Assembly (NCBI GenBank): GCA_021432655.1
Contig: MU271385.1
Span: 1-64,000, forward strand
DNA from: Atractiella rhizophila
Lineage: Eukaryota
DNA length: 64,000 bases
Direction: 5' to 3'
Position 1 is the stretch's first letter. Every line of letters starts with the position of its first letter. This document shows, piece by piece, positions 47,778 through 61,555 of this stretch. The notes beneath the pieces are model-generated. The model ran no database searches. It saw only the letters and a list, made by a program, of their open reading frames with translations, and was not told where the DNA came from. The translations under genes and the position numbers were made by a program.

Positions 47778-50700
47778 ATGAAAACGTTGCTGGCTCTTAT
47801 TCTTCCTGTACTGCAGCGAGTGAACTCGCTTCCACAGCACGCAAAACCAGAGCAAAGAGTTTTTGGAGCTGTTGACACTGTCCGGCAACCTTCCAAGTTC
47901 TCGACGGAGGCGCTTCTTCCAAATGTTAATGAGTACCTATTCGAGCTCTGTGGAAATCAGTATTTCTCGCCCATAGGCGACCGAGGAACGCTGAAGGTCA
48001 AAGTTGAGGGCCTTGATGAAACGGCGGAGTTTGCGCCAGCTACAGTCATCTCTGTCAACAACGCATCTGTAACAGCACGCTACCTAGATGCAGTTCTAGC
48101 AGATTTTGCTCAGGTGGATGACGTTTACTGTCCTTCTTTCTCCAAAAGGCTCTTTCTACAAAGTTCTCGTCCGTGTCGCCTGGAAGATGATACCATTGCT
48201 TTGCTATCCCAATCTGTCTCCGAAATAGTGAGCTTCCACCAATCATTCATGGTTAAATTATTCATCTAGTACAGGTTCTTCTGAGCGCAGAAATAGAGGT
48301 CCCAGCTTCTGAGGCGTTACCTGTTGGACTATCGGTTCATCGTGCTGAAGGTGCTCACCTCCCAGCCCAGCTGTCAGGACCTTTTCTGGCGGGCACGAAG
48401 GGGGGTGAAATTTTTCTCCATCCAGTCTATCGATTATACGAAGACAAATACGTGCGTCCCTGTCGTTTTCCAACTCTTACTGATACAACCCACAGCGAAC
48501 ATTTGTCTACGGATCTTACCAACTACCTTTCTCCTCAATTCACCGTCCATTCCTGCACAACACAATATATCAAACCAATCTTATCCCGGTGCCGTCTCGC
48601 CTATATTCCGTTCATTCTGAAAAGCCTCTGGCTGGAGTCAGGATTGGCGTCAAGGACATCTACGATGTGGAAGGCTTGGTCACCGCGGTGAGCAATAGAG
48701 CGTGGGGAGAAATGACAGGAGTCGCCAAGATGAGTGCCATTTCAGTGCAAAAGCTCGAAGATGCAGGCGCACTTGTCATCGGAAAGACCAAGGCATGCTT
48801 GGTTCTTGAAATGATATATCGTCTGAACGCTAACTGCGCGTCTAGACCTCTCAGTTCGCAATGGGAGCTGCAGAAAACGCCATCGAGTTCCATTACCCTT
48901 TTCAACCAAGGGGCGACGGTTGGTTAAGGTGGGAGTACCTTGAAATCGGGCTGTTCACTGAATGAATTACCGCCTTTTACAGTTGTTCTGGTTCATCATC
49001 GGGTATGCTTTCGTTCTGTTCTTCAGCTGTCTGAGAGCCTCAGCATGCAATGGCCGTCAGGGAGTGCATGTGAGCATGAGCTTTCCCCTTATTGATCAAC
49101 CTGAGTATTCTTTTAGGTGCATTGGCGGCATACGAATGGCTAGACATCACTCTGGGAACGGACACCGGCGGCTCCATACGTTCACCAGCGTCACTCTCCG
49201 GTAAACTTTTTCGTTATTCATCAACGAATAGACTGTTCTGAATACGCATTCAGGGCTCTATGGTGGTAGAGCGAGTCACGGAAGTCTGTCCTTGGATGGG
49301 GTGGTGCCTCTTGTCGGGGCATTCGACACTTTAGGATTTTTTGCGAGGGACCCTACAGCATGGCGAGATTTTGCCGAAGTGATGTACATTTTCTTCTCTC
49401 TCTTGTTTTCTCACGTATGACGTGGAATCGGAAACGAATGTGGATATAGGTACTCGAACTCCCCTTTGCCACTTGTTCGAAATGCAGCCTTTCCCCGAAA
49501 GATTTTATCCACGTTCGAGCGGAACGAGTCCTCTGCAGCATGGCCAATAGTGAATGTGTTTTTAAATCGCCTAGAGGAAGAGTACGGCATGCAAACCGAG
49601 TATTACAACATCACGCAGGATCTGATGACCGGAGAACATTCACTTCTAAACAAAAGCTCTATTCTCTCACTTCGCCGAGAGACTGACTTTTGGACTTACG
49701 TGACATGGAAGGAGAATGGACAAAGGCTGACAGACTGGCACCGTGCAAGAAGTGATGGAAGGTCAGTGCTGTTAGTACTTGTTCTGGGAGGTTTACTTTG
49801 ATATACAGGTGGCCAATTCTCGATCCTCAAAGCCGCGACGCTTGGACCGCCGGTCAAGAGCTCGCAGAGTCTGGCAACTTCACCTCCCACGATCAAGAAG
49901 ATGTTGCTGAGAAGTTGGGAATAGGAAGTCTGTCCTTGGATGGGGTGGTGCCTCTTGTCGGGGCATTCGACACTTTAGGATTTTTTGCGAGGGACCCTAC
50001 AGCATGGCGAGATTTTGCGGAAGTGATGTACATTTTCTTCTCTCCATTGTGTTCTCACGTATGATGTGGGATCGGGAACGAATGTGGATATAGGTACTCG
50101 AACTCCCCTTTGCCGCTTGTTCGAAATGCAGCCTTCCCCCGAAAAATTTTATCCACGTTCGAGCGGAACGAGTCCTCTCCAGCATGGCAAATAGTAAATG
50201 TGTTTTTAAATCGTCTAGAGGAAGTGTACGGCATGCAAACCGAGTATTACAACATCACGCAGGATCTGATGACCGGAGAACATTCACTTCTAAACAAAAG
50301 CTCTATTCTCTCACTCCGCCGAGAGACTGACTTTTGGACTTACGTGACATGGAAGGAGAATGGACAAAGGCTAACAGAATGGCACCGTGCAAGAAGTGAT
50401 GGAAGGTCAGTGCTGTTAGTACTTGTTCTGGGAGGTTTACTTTGATATACAGGTGGCCAATCCTCGATCCTCAAAGCCGCGACGCTTGGACCGCCGGTCA
50501 AGAGCTCGCAGAGTCTGGCAACTTCACCTCCCACGATCAAGAAGATGTTGCTGAGAAGTTGGGAATCCTGGCACGACTTCTTGACGAAAGGCTCTGGGGC
50601 TCTAATCTCACAGACAACGATTGCAGCGATCGCATCATGGTGTATGACATAGGAACTGGTAAAAGATTTTACCTTTGTTTGATCGTCACCTACTGACGCG

Positions 50701-51128
50701 TACTAGGTGGATTGCCCCATTACCGAGAGGGCAAACTGAATGAGGCCGACACTAAGTACAAAGAATCGCTGAATAACAATCGAATTGCGACGTCAATGGG
50801 GTCATTAGCAGGCGTGCCAGATTTTACGGTGCCTATTGGACAAGTGAAGTACGACTCTGTGGTTAGCAAGCACGAAGAATACGTCCCTGTTACGATAAAC
50901 TGTTCGATTTTGGTATCATTGTTTTTACGCTGATGCTGACTCACGCGTGCCAGTTGTTGCCCGCAGAGGTTGCGACTTCATGCTCTGGAACCTCTTCGAA
51001 GACATGTACAGAAGGGGTCTGCTCCAAAAAGTCCAAACAGGTGCGTAAAGTTCATATAGACAAATCTGATGTCCGGGTGAACGCTTCATCATAACACTTA
51101 TGTCGCATTAGGAACTCGCGCGTTTTAA
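47778..51128 (+). CDS. Amidase-signature family enzyme, probably secreted; carries an internal tandem duplication
   Basis: [15 protein letters not shown] (Lys), [43 protein letters not shown] (Ser nucleophile), [18 protein letters not shown] and [12 protein letters not shown]. Confidence 0.92.
49280..50566. repeat. Tandem duplication, period 644 bp (49280-49922 and 49924-50566), about 97% identical
   Basis: Direct comparison; paired ORFs at 49466/50110 and 49798/50442 are offset by 644. One extra A at 49923. Confidence 0.97.
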
Positions 51129-53254
51129 ACTTGACTCAATCCTCTCTCAAGGTGAGCACAAAATGAAGGATCATGGTCGCTCATTGTATGCATAATCTCA
51201 TTTCAATTCATTCTTCTTCCACATTTTGAGTGCAAGAATCAGTGAGACTTTTCCGTGAGAGTCTCCTAAGCATCCTGCGTTGCAATTGCCAAAGGGGGGG
51301 GTTCACATGGACCATGTTCCTTATTTTTGGCCGCTTCGTCTCGTCTTCCTGCGCTTTCTTCTCTGAATTCGTAGTTGCAAGTAAGTTTCTCTGATGCGTT
51401 ACTGGGTGTTTTGGCTGTACCTTGTGGAGACAAGTTGCTACAGAGCAGGATATCTACGCGAATTAACACTTGTCATCGTTACCCTTTACTACCAAATGGC
51501 TCGTCATTGATCATGGTATCATGACATTTGTACTGAGACTAATTGCAACGCTTCCTCAAGGGGTAAGGCTGGTAAGACGGGTACCTTGACCTTCAAGTTT
51601 CTTAAAACTTACTCAGCACAATTCTGATTTCTGCTGACTTGTTTCAAACTTTCACGAAACGTTGGTATGTATTTAAGATTGCAAGTCAAATCCATGCAGG
51701 ACAAGAGCTGAAAAATGTGAAAGGGCTTCATCAGAGTGGTTGAATCCTGCAGGACCCAACCTTTCATCATTGAAGTGACATAAAAAGGGGCATCAGGACG
51801 AGAGTAGTCCGAATCGAGTTATGCGCCTGGTTCGAGATGATCCCTCACCAATAAGAGCGCACACCGTGAATTGCATTGAAGCGGTCCCCTCTCAAAAAGA
51901 GAAGGTACGCAATCCTCATGTGCTTCCCAACCTCTCTCTTCCTTCCCGACACCAGCACCGTACCGCGTCGACTGAGACTCATGAAACTGACAGTCCTATC
52001 CCGATCTTTCACACAACATCGGACCACCACATCCGTCACATAGTGGAGATGTGGCTAAAGACACCCGGTGTCACACGACATTGTGAGCGAGACGAGGGAA
52101 TCTTGGGACATGTTCATGGGGAAGATCCAACGAAGGAGATCCGACGAAGGCATCATCAGAGGTGCCGCACCTCTTTTCTTTTCCATAGCTAGGTGTGGAG
52201 CGATAATTCCGACACCGGCGGAAAACCTGTCGTCTCATCTCGACTAGAAGCGGCCAGGCCGGCTGAGGAATCCAGAGAGAGGGAATTTTCTTGTAGCACA
52301 CACCCGCGATCGTCGCGTTCGCCATCTAGGCTGATCGACTCCCCAGAAAAAGGAGGCGGAGGATGTTACACTCGGACCTTCCCCGTCGTGAAAGAGAACA
52401 ATGAATGCTCTGAGAGTAACGACGAATCACGACCTTCATCCTGATGCCAAAGAGCTCCCCTCAAACACCCATAACCTCAACGAACCAACCTCAGAAAGGA
52501 GGTTCCATCCGTACAATCCCCTCCCAAACTCCAACGGGCAGATATCCAAGTGAAAAGACGGACCACCGCTTCCAACCATCCATCGAAGAGACGACAGGGT
52601 CGCTCTCGAAGGTCGTTGGTTCCACCACCAGCAGTATGAAGTCCATCCCACCTTTCATCCACCGGCTCCCACAGCGGCATCGGAATCACGCCCTCGGGAG
52701 TCGAGGACGGACGGAGGGTTTCTCGACTCAACGTCACTCCAACAGGATCGAAAGAGGAGGAGGATTACGCTGGGAGATGGGGATGATGGGAGATTCCTTT
52801 GATAGACGTCCCACGCGTCCGTGGGACTCGATCAACCCGCGTCGATGCCCACTCCTGGAATTCGCCAGCCTCTGCACGAAAGGCTCCGACCAGGGTGCAG
52901 TCGACGGCGGCGGCGGAATGCTCGGTTCGAGGCTTGTCTTCTGGCCACAGCTAATGCTGAAGAAGACGGGGGAGAAGGTAAGCTCGATGGTGGTGGTTGA
53001 AAAAATCAACAAAGGAAGCATAAACAAGGTTCTATCCTGACTCAGTGTTTTCCTGCCACAATGACCAATGAGAAATGAGAGTGCTTCAAGTCTACGATAT
53101 AGTAAATTGCATAAGAAACTCACGACGTGAGCTCAATTACGATGATCAAGACCAACAAAAATATGTAACTCGAAACCCAAATCTACCACTGCATCCTTTA
53201 TCTCATTAGTTACTTTTCATTCCTTGCCCTCCTCCTCCAGGCATCACACGAAGG

Positions 53255-55465
53255 TCATGGACCGCAAACCTTCTTCTCTCCCGTTCCAAGCACGACCTTT
53301 CGCAAGCTGCCCATGGTCGAGAGGACGAGCGTGGAGATGCCAAAGGCGAGACAGGCCCACGCGAGGAGGACGTCTCTCCGTCTGTCCCGCTTCTTTCCCA
53401 ACGACAGCTTTATGAAACATGCGGCGGGGAGACAATACGCCTGTCCATCCCATCCATCCATCCACACAGACCACCATCGTCAATATAAAAAAATCCCCCG
53501 ACACCAATAGAATAGAGTAGAACGCACCAAAGCGCTGGCGGAGAACCCGCCGGCCAGCTCGAGCACAAGGCCCAGGTCGCAAGTAGCGAGAGCGATGGCG
53601 GTGCTGGCGACGACGAGGGCGGTGGTGACGATCCAATGTCTCTTCAGACTGAACTTTTCTTCGGGGTAGAAGTAGGTCTCTACGACTTCTCGACAGACGA
53701 ACGCTTCCAGGGGGAGGGTGGTCACCATGTTGCAGCCGAGGCAGAAGCGGGCCACGTTCACGATCGTGTCTGTTTCCTCTCGTTAGTGAGTGCGGTTGCG
53801 ATTGCGGTTGCGAGGTGCATGGAGGAGGGACGAACCATCTTCGCTGAAGTTGTTCAACACGTTTCCTCTCGTCTTATTCGTAAAACACAGAAAACCGCTA
53901 GCAGACATCGCAATCGAAGCAAACACGCTCAACGCTCTACCACCCATCCAATCCATCAGCTTCTCCATCACCACCACTCCTTCCTTCAAAGCGAAGGAAG
54001 CAGAAAAGAAGGCAAAAGACGTACGTGCTGACGTGTGTGACCCACTTGAACCGATCCAACGTCGGCGTCCTCAAGCTTCCGTAGATGAGCAAGGAGTTGT
54101 GATGACAGACGAAAGCGAAAGAGATGACGCCGATCGCTTCGAACAATCCGTCGCCCAAGATCGTAAACCTCGCCTCTGGCTCTCCCCAGAGTTCGGGGAC
54201 CGTCGGACCGCGGATAGCGACCGTGAGGACGATGACCGTCATCCTTTGCCTCCCATCAGTCAAGACACGCGGAGAAAGGGAACATGGGAGAAAGGGAACA
54301 TGGGAGAAAGGGAACATGGGGAGAAAGGGCGACGGACGAGATTAGGGCTAAGGCGCTCGCTTTGGACAGTTTGTCGATGTCTCGGTAGAGGGAGAGAGGG
54401 TAGGAGATGGCGGCGGTGAAGAGGAAGATGACGGGTTGTCGGCCCGTTATCCAGTCGAGGAGGGTGCCGTCTGTCGGTTGGAGGAGGGCTTTGAGGACGT
54501 GGGGGATGGTGTCGCCTCTGTTCTTCTTTCTCTTTCATCTTCTTTTGAGATCTTATGAGGAGACACGAACACAATGACGCCAAAGGCACACATGCCGCCT
54601 TTTCCATGTGCCATCATCGTCGTTAGTCTTTTGCAGGAGGAGGAAGAGGAAAGGAGCTCACCGAAAGCGAAACTGAATTGAAAGATGCTGGTCGCTCGTT
54701 TTCCCCAGATGCCAAAACAGGCGCTGGTGATATCTATGTACGTCCTCTGGCCGGACAATTTGGCGTTGAGGACGATGAGACGGATTGTCCAGTCGGTTAC
54801 GAGGCCGAGGATGAGGAGGAGGATTAGGCCGGATACTTTGGGGCGAGGAATATAGTTTAGTGTGGTGGATTGAAGGTAAGAGAGTGACGGAGGACATAAG
54901 AGGATGCAGGAATCAGATACGTTTGAAAGAGGAAGGATGAGAGACGAACCCAGTCCAGCAGATTTTAATGCATACGGCAGGCCGATGATACCAGCTCCCA
55001 ATATCGAATTGCTCATATTCGCTACTCCCACATGCCTCTCTCAACAACCATACATCTTACTGAGCGGTGAAAAAGCAAAGACGGACCAATTCCAGCAGCC
55101 AGTCCGCCGCCTTTATCGAGGACGATGAGGTTGGTATTGACAGCATCAATCTGGCCCTCTCTCCCTCTGACGATCGTAAAGCCCCTACTGATATCTCCTC
55201 CGCCCAAGCTACTGACTCTGCTATGTCCACCACCTCCAGTCTTCTGGTTACGCGAGGACGACGAGGAAATGAGACCCTCGAGCAGTGGCGCGGTCGCATC
55301 GGCCTCGTCGTCTGATTCGAGGGAGGAGAGCGAGTCTTGGGAGAGCGAGAACTCGATGGCGGTGCTCGACTTGAGCGGTGGGTAGGACGAGAGCGGGTAG
55401 GCGGAGAGGGAGCTCGTGGAGGGGGTGCGGGTGTGGGATGGGGAGCTGGGGAGGGGAGAGGTCAT
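53255..55465 (-). CDS. AVT2: Vacuolar amino acid transporter (AAAP family, Avt2/SLC38A11-like)
   Basis: ANMSNSILGAGIIGLPYA, VTDWTIRLIVLNAKLSG, FAFG|GMCAFGVI, YPLSLYRDIDKLSKAS, AIGVISFAFVCHHNSLLIYGSLRTPTLDRF and TLPLEAFVCREV. Confidence 0.92.
54271..54329. repeat. 16-bp minisatellite (GGAGAAAGGGAACATG, about 3.6 copies) in an AVT2 intron
   Basis: Read directly from the sequence. Confidence 0.92.
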
Positions 55466-55722
55466 CGATTCATGTACGTGCTGATGGTGCGATGCTGCTA
55501 CTCAGGCTGGGTATGTGGTAGCTATGTATGTAATAACTATGTAATATATGTAGTAGATGGTCGTTTGCGTGTCATTTGTTGGGATCCCGGCGACTCTTTC
55601 CACCAAATTACATATTACATATTCAACGACCATCTCAAACGCCACTTCTTCTTAGTAGAGGTCCTTCCAAGAAGCAATAGGGGATCACAAGTGTATAGGA
55701 CGGCAATAGCCAAGGAAGAAGT

Positions 55723-58084
55723 ATGTCGATATCGCTCCCTTCCTCCCAGCGGCAGGCGACGGTGCACATCCTCAGCCCCTCCGACTCGTCCCTCTCCTCG
55801 CCCCTTCCCTCCGCCGTCGCATCCTCATCAGCGCTCTCAGGCGACACAGCAGCATCCGCCGACATTCCCTCGCCGGGGCACATGGCGTCATCCACCTCCA
55901 TTCCAGGAGCCAATCCAAATCACGCATCCAACAATGGCAATGGAGGAGGAGGCACACTGAATGCCACCAAGAACTTCTACCGCGTCAACTCCTCCCGCAC
56001 CCGCGCTCCCTCCCTCACGTCCACCGCTCCGCCCGTCCGCGCCATCTCGAGCGGCACGAGGATCTCCAACTCCCACTCGCCCGCGATCCTGCCGCACCAA
56101 TCCTTCTTCCTCCCGCGAAAGCCAGCCCGAGCGGCGGCGGTCTCTCCCACGGCGACGAGGAGTACCGCCTCCCCGACGAGGAGCAGCTTCGTGGTGAATG
56201 CGTCGCCCACTAGGAGCACGTTCTCCGTCGGCACTTTCAATACCGGTGAGCGTTCACTACGTCACGGAGGAGGAGGAGGAGGAGGACATGAGAGCGCCAT
56301 CATCCCCGACATGGACTCTGATCCAAACCCACATCCACACCCAAATCCGTTCGAAAGACCCCAATCAGCCGCTTCGGGAACCGCCTCTGGATCTGGACAT
56401 TCACATGCACATGTCAGCTCCCCATTGATGAATGTTGTCAATGCCAATACCCATCCGAATGCGAATGCGGGTGAGAGGAGAGGTGTCTCCGTCGACCTTC
56501 CTAGAAGAGTTGGAGAGCCGTCGTCACAGCCTCGGGCGAGGGTGCTTTCTGTGGATAGGGATGAGGGATGGGGGAGGCGTGGACGGCGTGGGGAGGAGAA
56601 AGGAGAGGGAGAAATGGTCGAGATCCGCTCATCGACACTCATCCCGTCCATGGAACGATCCTCCGACCCCGACAACGACCACGACAACGAAGACGAAGAT
56701 GAAGACGGATACATGCATTCGGACGGTCATTCCACTTCCCACCATTCTCACCACAAAGCGGCGACGCCCATCACCGCCGAATCCTTCTCTTCCACCGCCG
56801 TCCTCCACCCTCCGCTCTCCTCTCAATACGACCGTTCCCCCCAAACCTCAACCACGAACGGGAGCCCCAACACGGCCTTTCCCTATCCCGGCCAAGGCAT
56901 AGAAAGGAACGGCACGGTCGATACCTTCCACAGCTTCGTTCTAGACAAACAAGGCAAAAAGATACGCCGCTGGCGCACCCACCAGGGCCAAAACACCTGG
57001 TACCTCTCCGGCCTCCTCCTCACGTCCGGAGACTCAAAGGTTCCCCTGCTCCTTTCCTCCCTCTTCGCCGTCGCCGCTCCCGCCCTCTTCTTCGTCTTCA
57101 ACTCGTCCTTCTTTTGGTCGAAGGCGGCGTGGGGAAAGGCGGCGCTGCTCGTCGCTGCTTATGCGACCGTGTTGATGTGGTCTAGCATGGCGAGAGCTTG
57201 TACGACTGATCCCGGCATCTTGCCTAGGAATCTGGACGTTTGGTTACCTGGCATGGGGCTGGAGGAGGAGGATAGAGAGGGAGGTGGGAGGAGGATGAGG
57301 TATTTGAAGATTAGAGGGAAGAGAGTGGGCGTAAAGTGTACGTCCTTACTCATCTTCATCGATGGGACAGCAAGGATGGATGTTGATTGATTCGGATAGG
57401 GTGCGAGACGTGTGAGACGTACAGGCCGCCGAGGTGCAGCCACTGTCGGCTCTGCGACAACTGTGTCGAGCACACAGACCATCACGTCCGTCTCTCCTCC
57501 CTCTCCTCCTTCGCGCACTGACCAAGATGCATCGAAAACGCGCAGTGCACCTTCCTCAACAACTGCATCGGCCGACGCAACTACACGCCCTTCATCGCCT
57601 TCTTGACCTCCGCCGTCTTCCTCTGTCAGTACGTGCTCGCACTGACCATCTATCACCTCGTCGACGTCTCGAATGAGAGTGAGAAGGGGGGATTCGTCGT
57701 CGATTGGCACACCATTGGTGCTCTCATCGTCGGCATACTCGCCCTCGCGGCTTGTATACCCATTGCGGGCTTGTGGAGTTATCATGCGCGGTTGATGTGG
57801 CGGAACGCTACCACGATCGAGATGGTTCGTCTCCTCCCCCTCATATCCTCCTGTCCTCTATCTAGCTCTGGCGAGAATGGATCTGATGACGGATGGTGGG
57901 TGAATAGTTGAGACCGAAACAACTTATCAAGCAGAGTAAAGACCTCTATGCGCTCGAGAACCCGGCGAGGAATTACTTTGCCATCCTCTGTAGACCGATG
58001 ACGACGGAGAGCTGGGTGAGGCCGAGGGAGTGGGTGAAGCGGGATAAGAGGGTGGAAGTGGAGATGAAATCGGCTCAGGTGTGA
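55723..58084 (+). CDS. ERF2: DHHC palmitoyltransferase, Erf2-like
   Basis: Long disordered N-terminus, [53 protein letters not shown] and NATTIEM. Confidence 0.92.
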
Positions 58085-58708
58085 TCGAGCCTCAACCTCG
58101 CACATTCTATTGTCAAGCTAAGCGTGCAGGCCGTTTGGTTTGTTTCTTGTGAAGGGGATGAGACGGTTTTTTCTTGCCTCGTGTCGTGTCGAATGTCTAC
58201 TACTTGCTTCGTTCTTGATTATGTCACCTTAATTCGTTCTTTCGCATCCGCCCTTCGTTGAACTCGACCGTTTTACTTCTTTTTATCCTCTAACTTAGAG
58301 AATTTGTTTCCTTTTCCCTCTCCCTCTCCCTCTCCCGCTCACCCCCGTTTTTGCACTCGGATTGCAAGAAGTGTAACTGACTTTGATCTGACGTGTATCG
58401 ATACCCGTACTCGCTTCGCACTTTCTTTCGGCTTCGTTGTTCTTTATGGTTGGTTGTAGTACAACTTAGCTAGTAGTAATCAGATGCGTGCTCGTTGGTT
58501 TATTCCTTCTTCCAAGAAACCTTCTAGTTCTTAACTCATGGAGCCGGAGCGTGAAGAGTGAAAGATGGGGAGAAAATGAGGTGCAACTCGAACTTAATAA
58601 AATACTGTAGCGCTGGCAGCAAGCAAACAGTGTGGAAGGAATATAGAAAGTATTCTGCATTCTCGAACAGAGCTAAGCACGAGAATCCCATCTGCCAACT
58701 GCTCACTC

Positions 58709-60827
58709 CTACTTCCCTTGCTTCTTCCTCAAGAACTTCTGCTCTCTCCTGTACATATTATCAGCCAATGCTGTAACGAAGTCAGGGAGATGACGAAAAA
58801 CGAACCTCCGCTTCTTGTACTTCTGCTTGTTCATCTTCCTCCTCCGCTTCCTTTGCACGCTGTCCAAATCAATCCTCATCCTCATCCTCATCCTATCCAG
58901 TCTAGCCTTGTTCGCCGACTCTGTCCGTTCCATGGCCCTCTTCCTAACCTTGTCTAAGGTTTCTTGCCAGTAAGGCCATTCCTCCACAGCTTTCTTCAAG
59001 ACTGCGATCCGCTGTGACGAACCGTCAAAGTGAGAGATAGGGTCCGTATTAATGAAATGCAAAGCGTCAGGATTGTCAATGCTCCTAAGGAATCGTTCGT
59101 CTATTGAGGCAAGAAGTCTTCGATCGTTCTGACTACCTGACTTGGAGCGTGAACCCTCGTGAGCAAGGGACGCGATACGAGATTCGAGGAGCTGAACAAA
59201 GGCATCTGTATTTGAGATGGGTACGTCGAATCGCTCCGACACTCGTTGAATCGACGTGAAAGGGGTGGAATCGATGTACTCCTTCGATTTCAAACTCGGC
59301 GGCGGTGAGCGAGAAGACAAGATGTTCTCCTTCGCTTGATCCAGGACCTTCGTCACGTCGTGCCATTCGATCCCCGCTTGTCTCCACTTGTTCTTCTTAA
59401 TGGCGGCGTCCAAGAAAGAGTTAGCCTCCTTCGCCAGCACGGTCGGGTGTTGCATTAAAGCTGGTAGCGGTGCTGGTTCGGGTATGCCGCCATACTTCGA
59501 CAGACTCTTGAGAGACTGGTTGAAGGGAGCGAGCTGGGCCACTGTTCGCTTCGATGTCTCGTCGAGGAGCGGTGCGAAGGATTTCAGGACTTCATCGCGT
59601 GGAGGGGCTATGTCGGAGCGGGGAGAGATTCGTTGAGGAGCGCCAGCTAGAAAACGTCGTGTCCCTGGTGCCCATTCGGGATTGTCAGAAGAGCGTTCGG
59701 CAATGAGATATTGTTGAAGGTGCGGTCGAGATTCGTATTCCATTGCTTCCGCAAGGCTCATCTCTCTTCCCTCTTCTTCTTCAGAAGCAGACCATCGTTC
59801 GTCGCTGAGCTCTTGATAAATATCAATCTTGGAGCTCTGGGATCCAGGCACTCTTTCCTCGGCAGCTTCAAATGTAATGTCGTCTTCAACAACCTCATCG
59901 AGATTCGTATTCCATTGCTTCCGCAAGGCTCATCTCTCTTCCCTCTTCTTCTTCAGAAGCAGACCATCGTTCTTCGCTGAGCTCTTGATAAATATCAATC
60001 TTGGAGCTCTGGGATCCAGGCACTCTTTCCTCGGCAGCTTCAAATGTAATGTCGTCTTCAACAACCTCGTTCGCTTCTGCCAGCTCGCCTTGCATCACCT
60101 CCTCCTGCAACGGAGCATCTAGCAACTCCTCATAATCCGCCTCAGTCGGCTTCTCAAACCCCAACACATTGATGCGCCGGTCTAAGAAATCATTGCGCAT
60201 GGGAGGAGCGTCTGACTGCATAGCTCTGGTGAGTGCAGATATCGACCGGCGCTGTTTCGGACGGATGTTGTACTCGAGAAGAGGACGATGTGCTGCCCAT
60301 AAAGAGTCTACTAGGGTTGTAGACGCTTTCGGCACGTAGGGGAGGGGGCTGATGTGGAGAGTGACGGGGATGGGGACAAGTCCTACATCTGGCCGTCGAC
60401 TTGGAAATTTCCGTCGATGCGAACGAGGAGGGCGACGCGCAGAAGGGCTTTCCTCCTCCCCTTGGACTGTATTTGGCGAAGATGAAACGGTTGTACTCGA
60501 CGCAGAAGTGTCAACAGGATCATCCTTATCCTTCTTGACCACGTTCTTAACGCCATCTTCCTCCTTCACACCCCCGCTATTCCCAACTGAATTTTCCTCA
60601 CCTTCTTCATTCCCAGACTTCTTACCCGAACTGCTGAACGAGATACTCCTGCTCCTCCCCGTCCGCTCAGAAACTGCCCCTTTCTCCGCCCCCTTCGTGT
60701 TCAGAAAGGTGCCTCCTCCTGAGGAAAGTGATGTTCCTCCGGCTTGAAGATGGTGATGTGAAGGGGTGAAAAAGGTCGAGCCGGGAGATGAACGAAAGCG
60801 TAGGGAGAGGTGCAGTCGATTTATCAT
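58709..60827 (-). CDS. Mitochondrial protein with C-terminal mS38/Cox24 (DUF1713-type) domain; frame broken in this assembly by a 172-bp duplication
   Basis: Presequence-like MINRLHLSLRFRSS, DSLWAAHRPLL, and C-terminal IDLDSVQRKRRRKMNKQKYKKR|RREQKFLRKKQGK. Confidence 0.8.
59726..60068. repeat. Tandem duplication, period 172 bp (59726-59896 and 59898-60068)
   Basis: The copies are identical except for one substitution (cgttcGtcgct vs cgttcTtcgct). One extra A at 59897. Confidence 0.97.
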
Positions 60828-61555
60828 TGGATGAGCAAAATGCCCTGGCTGGAGGTCAAGGTCGATTCTTTCTGTTGTTGCGAGGGCCCCGTGTGCGCCT
60901 GAGGGGCTTCTTATGACTCAGGAGAATCTTCTGCTTCTTACCTCTTAGTCAATGGGGATGAAACAGGTATTGACTTGTTATCAACAAACAAGATGATTTA
61001 GAGAAAAAATAGAAGAATATGATGCATGTATATACTACTGATGGGGTGACCGGAAGACTTTATACCTCCTACTTTCTGGGAGCATTCATGTCTCCTAGCA
61101 TCCTTACTTTGGTTTGTGCTTATGTTTTCTTTTACTTCCCATTGTGCCTTCTCATTATTCAGGAGCTTTCTCTGATAACAAAGAATTGCCCTACGAGTGC
61201 AAGACCACATTCTCATTGGTTTGGTGTCGCCATGTCACAGCCTCATACATCGCCACTCTCTAACCTTTATATACAGAGAGCTCAAAAGCACAGACTTAAA
61301 TGGAAGATTGGAAGGCATGAGGTCATGAAGAATGAGGTATCAAAAATAAAATAGATCAGCTTGAATCCACATGTGAGAGCAAACCGAGATGGTCAAAGAG
61401 ACTGGTTTTAGGAAAACAGAAACTGATTGGAAGACAGGGTTCTTCTGAAAGTAGGTGGTAGCGGTGTTGTTAAATGGAAGAGTAAAATCCAAGGGCGAAA
61501 AATAAGATCCATGTAATATAAACTTTTTGAATAGACATTGGAAGGCAAATTCATT

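Noticed and set aside
51820..53120. GC-balanced region with many overlapping short ORFs
   Set aside because: No recognisable domain or coherent exon chain on either strand.
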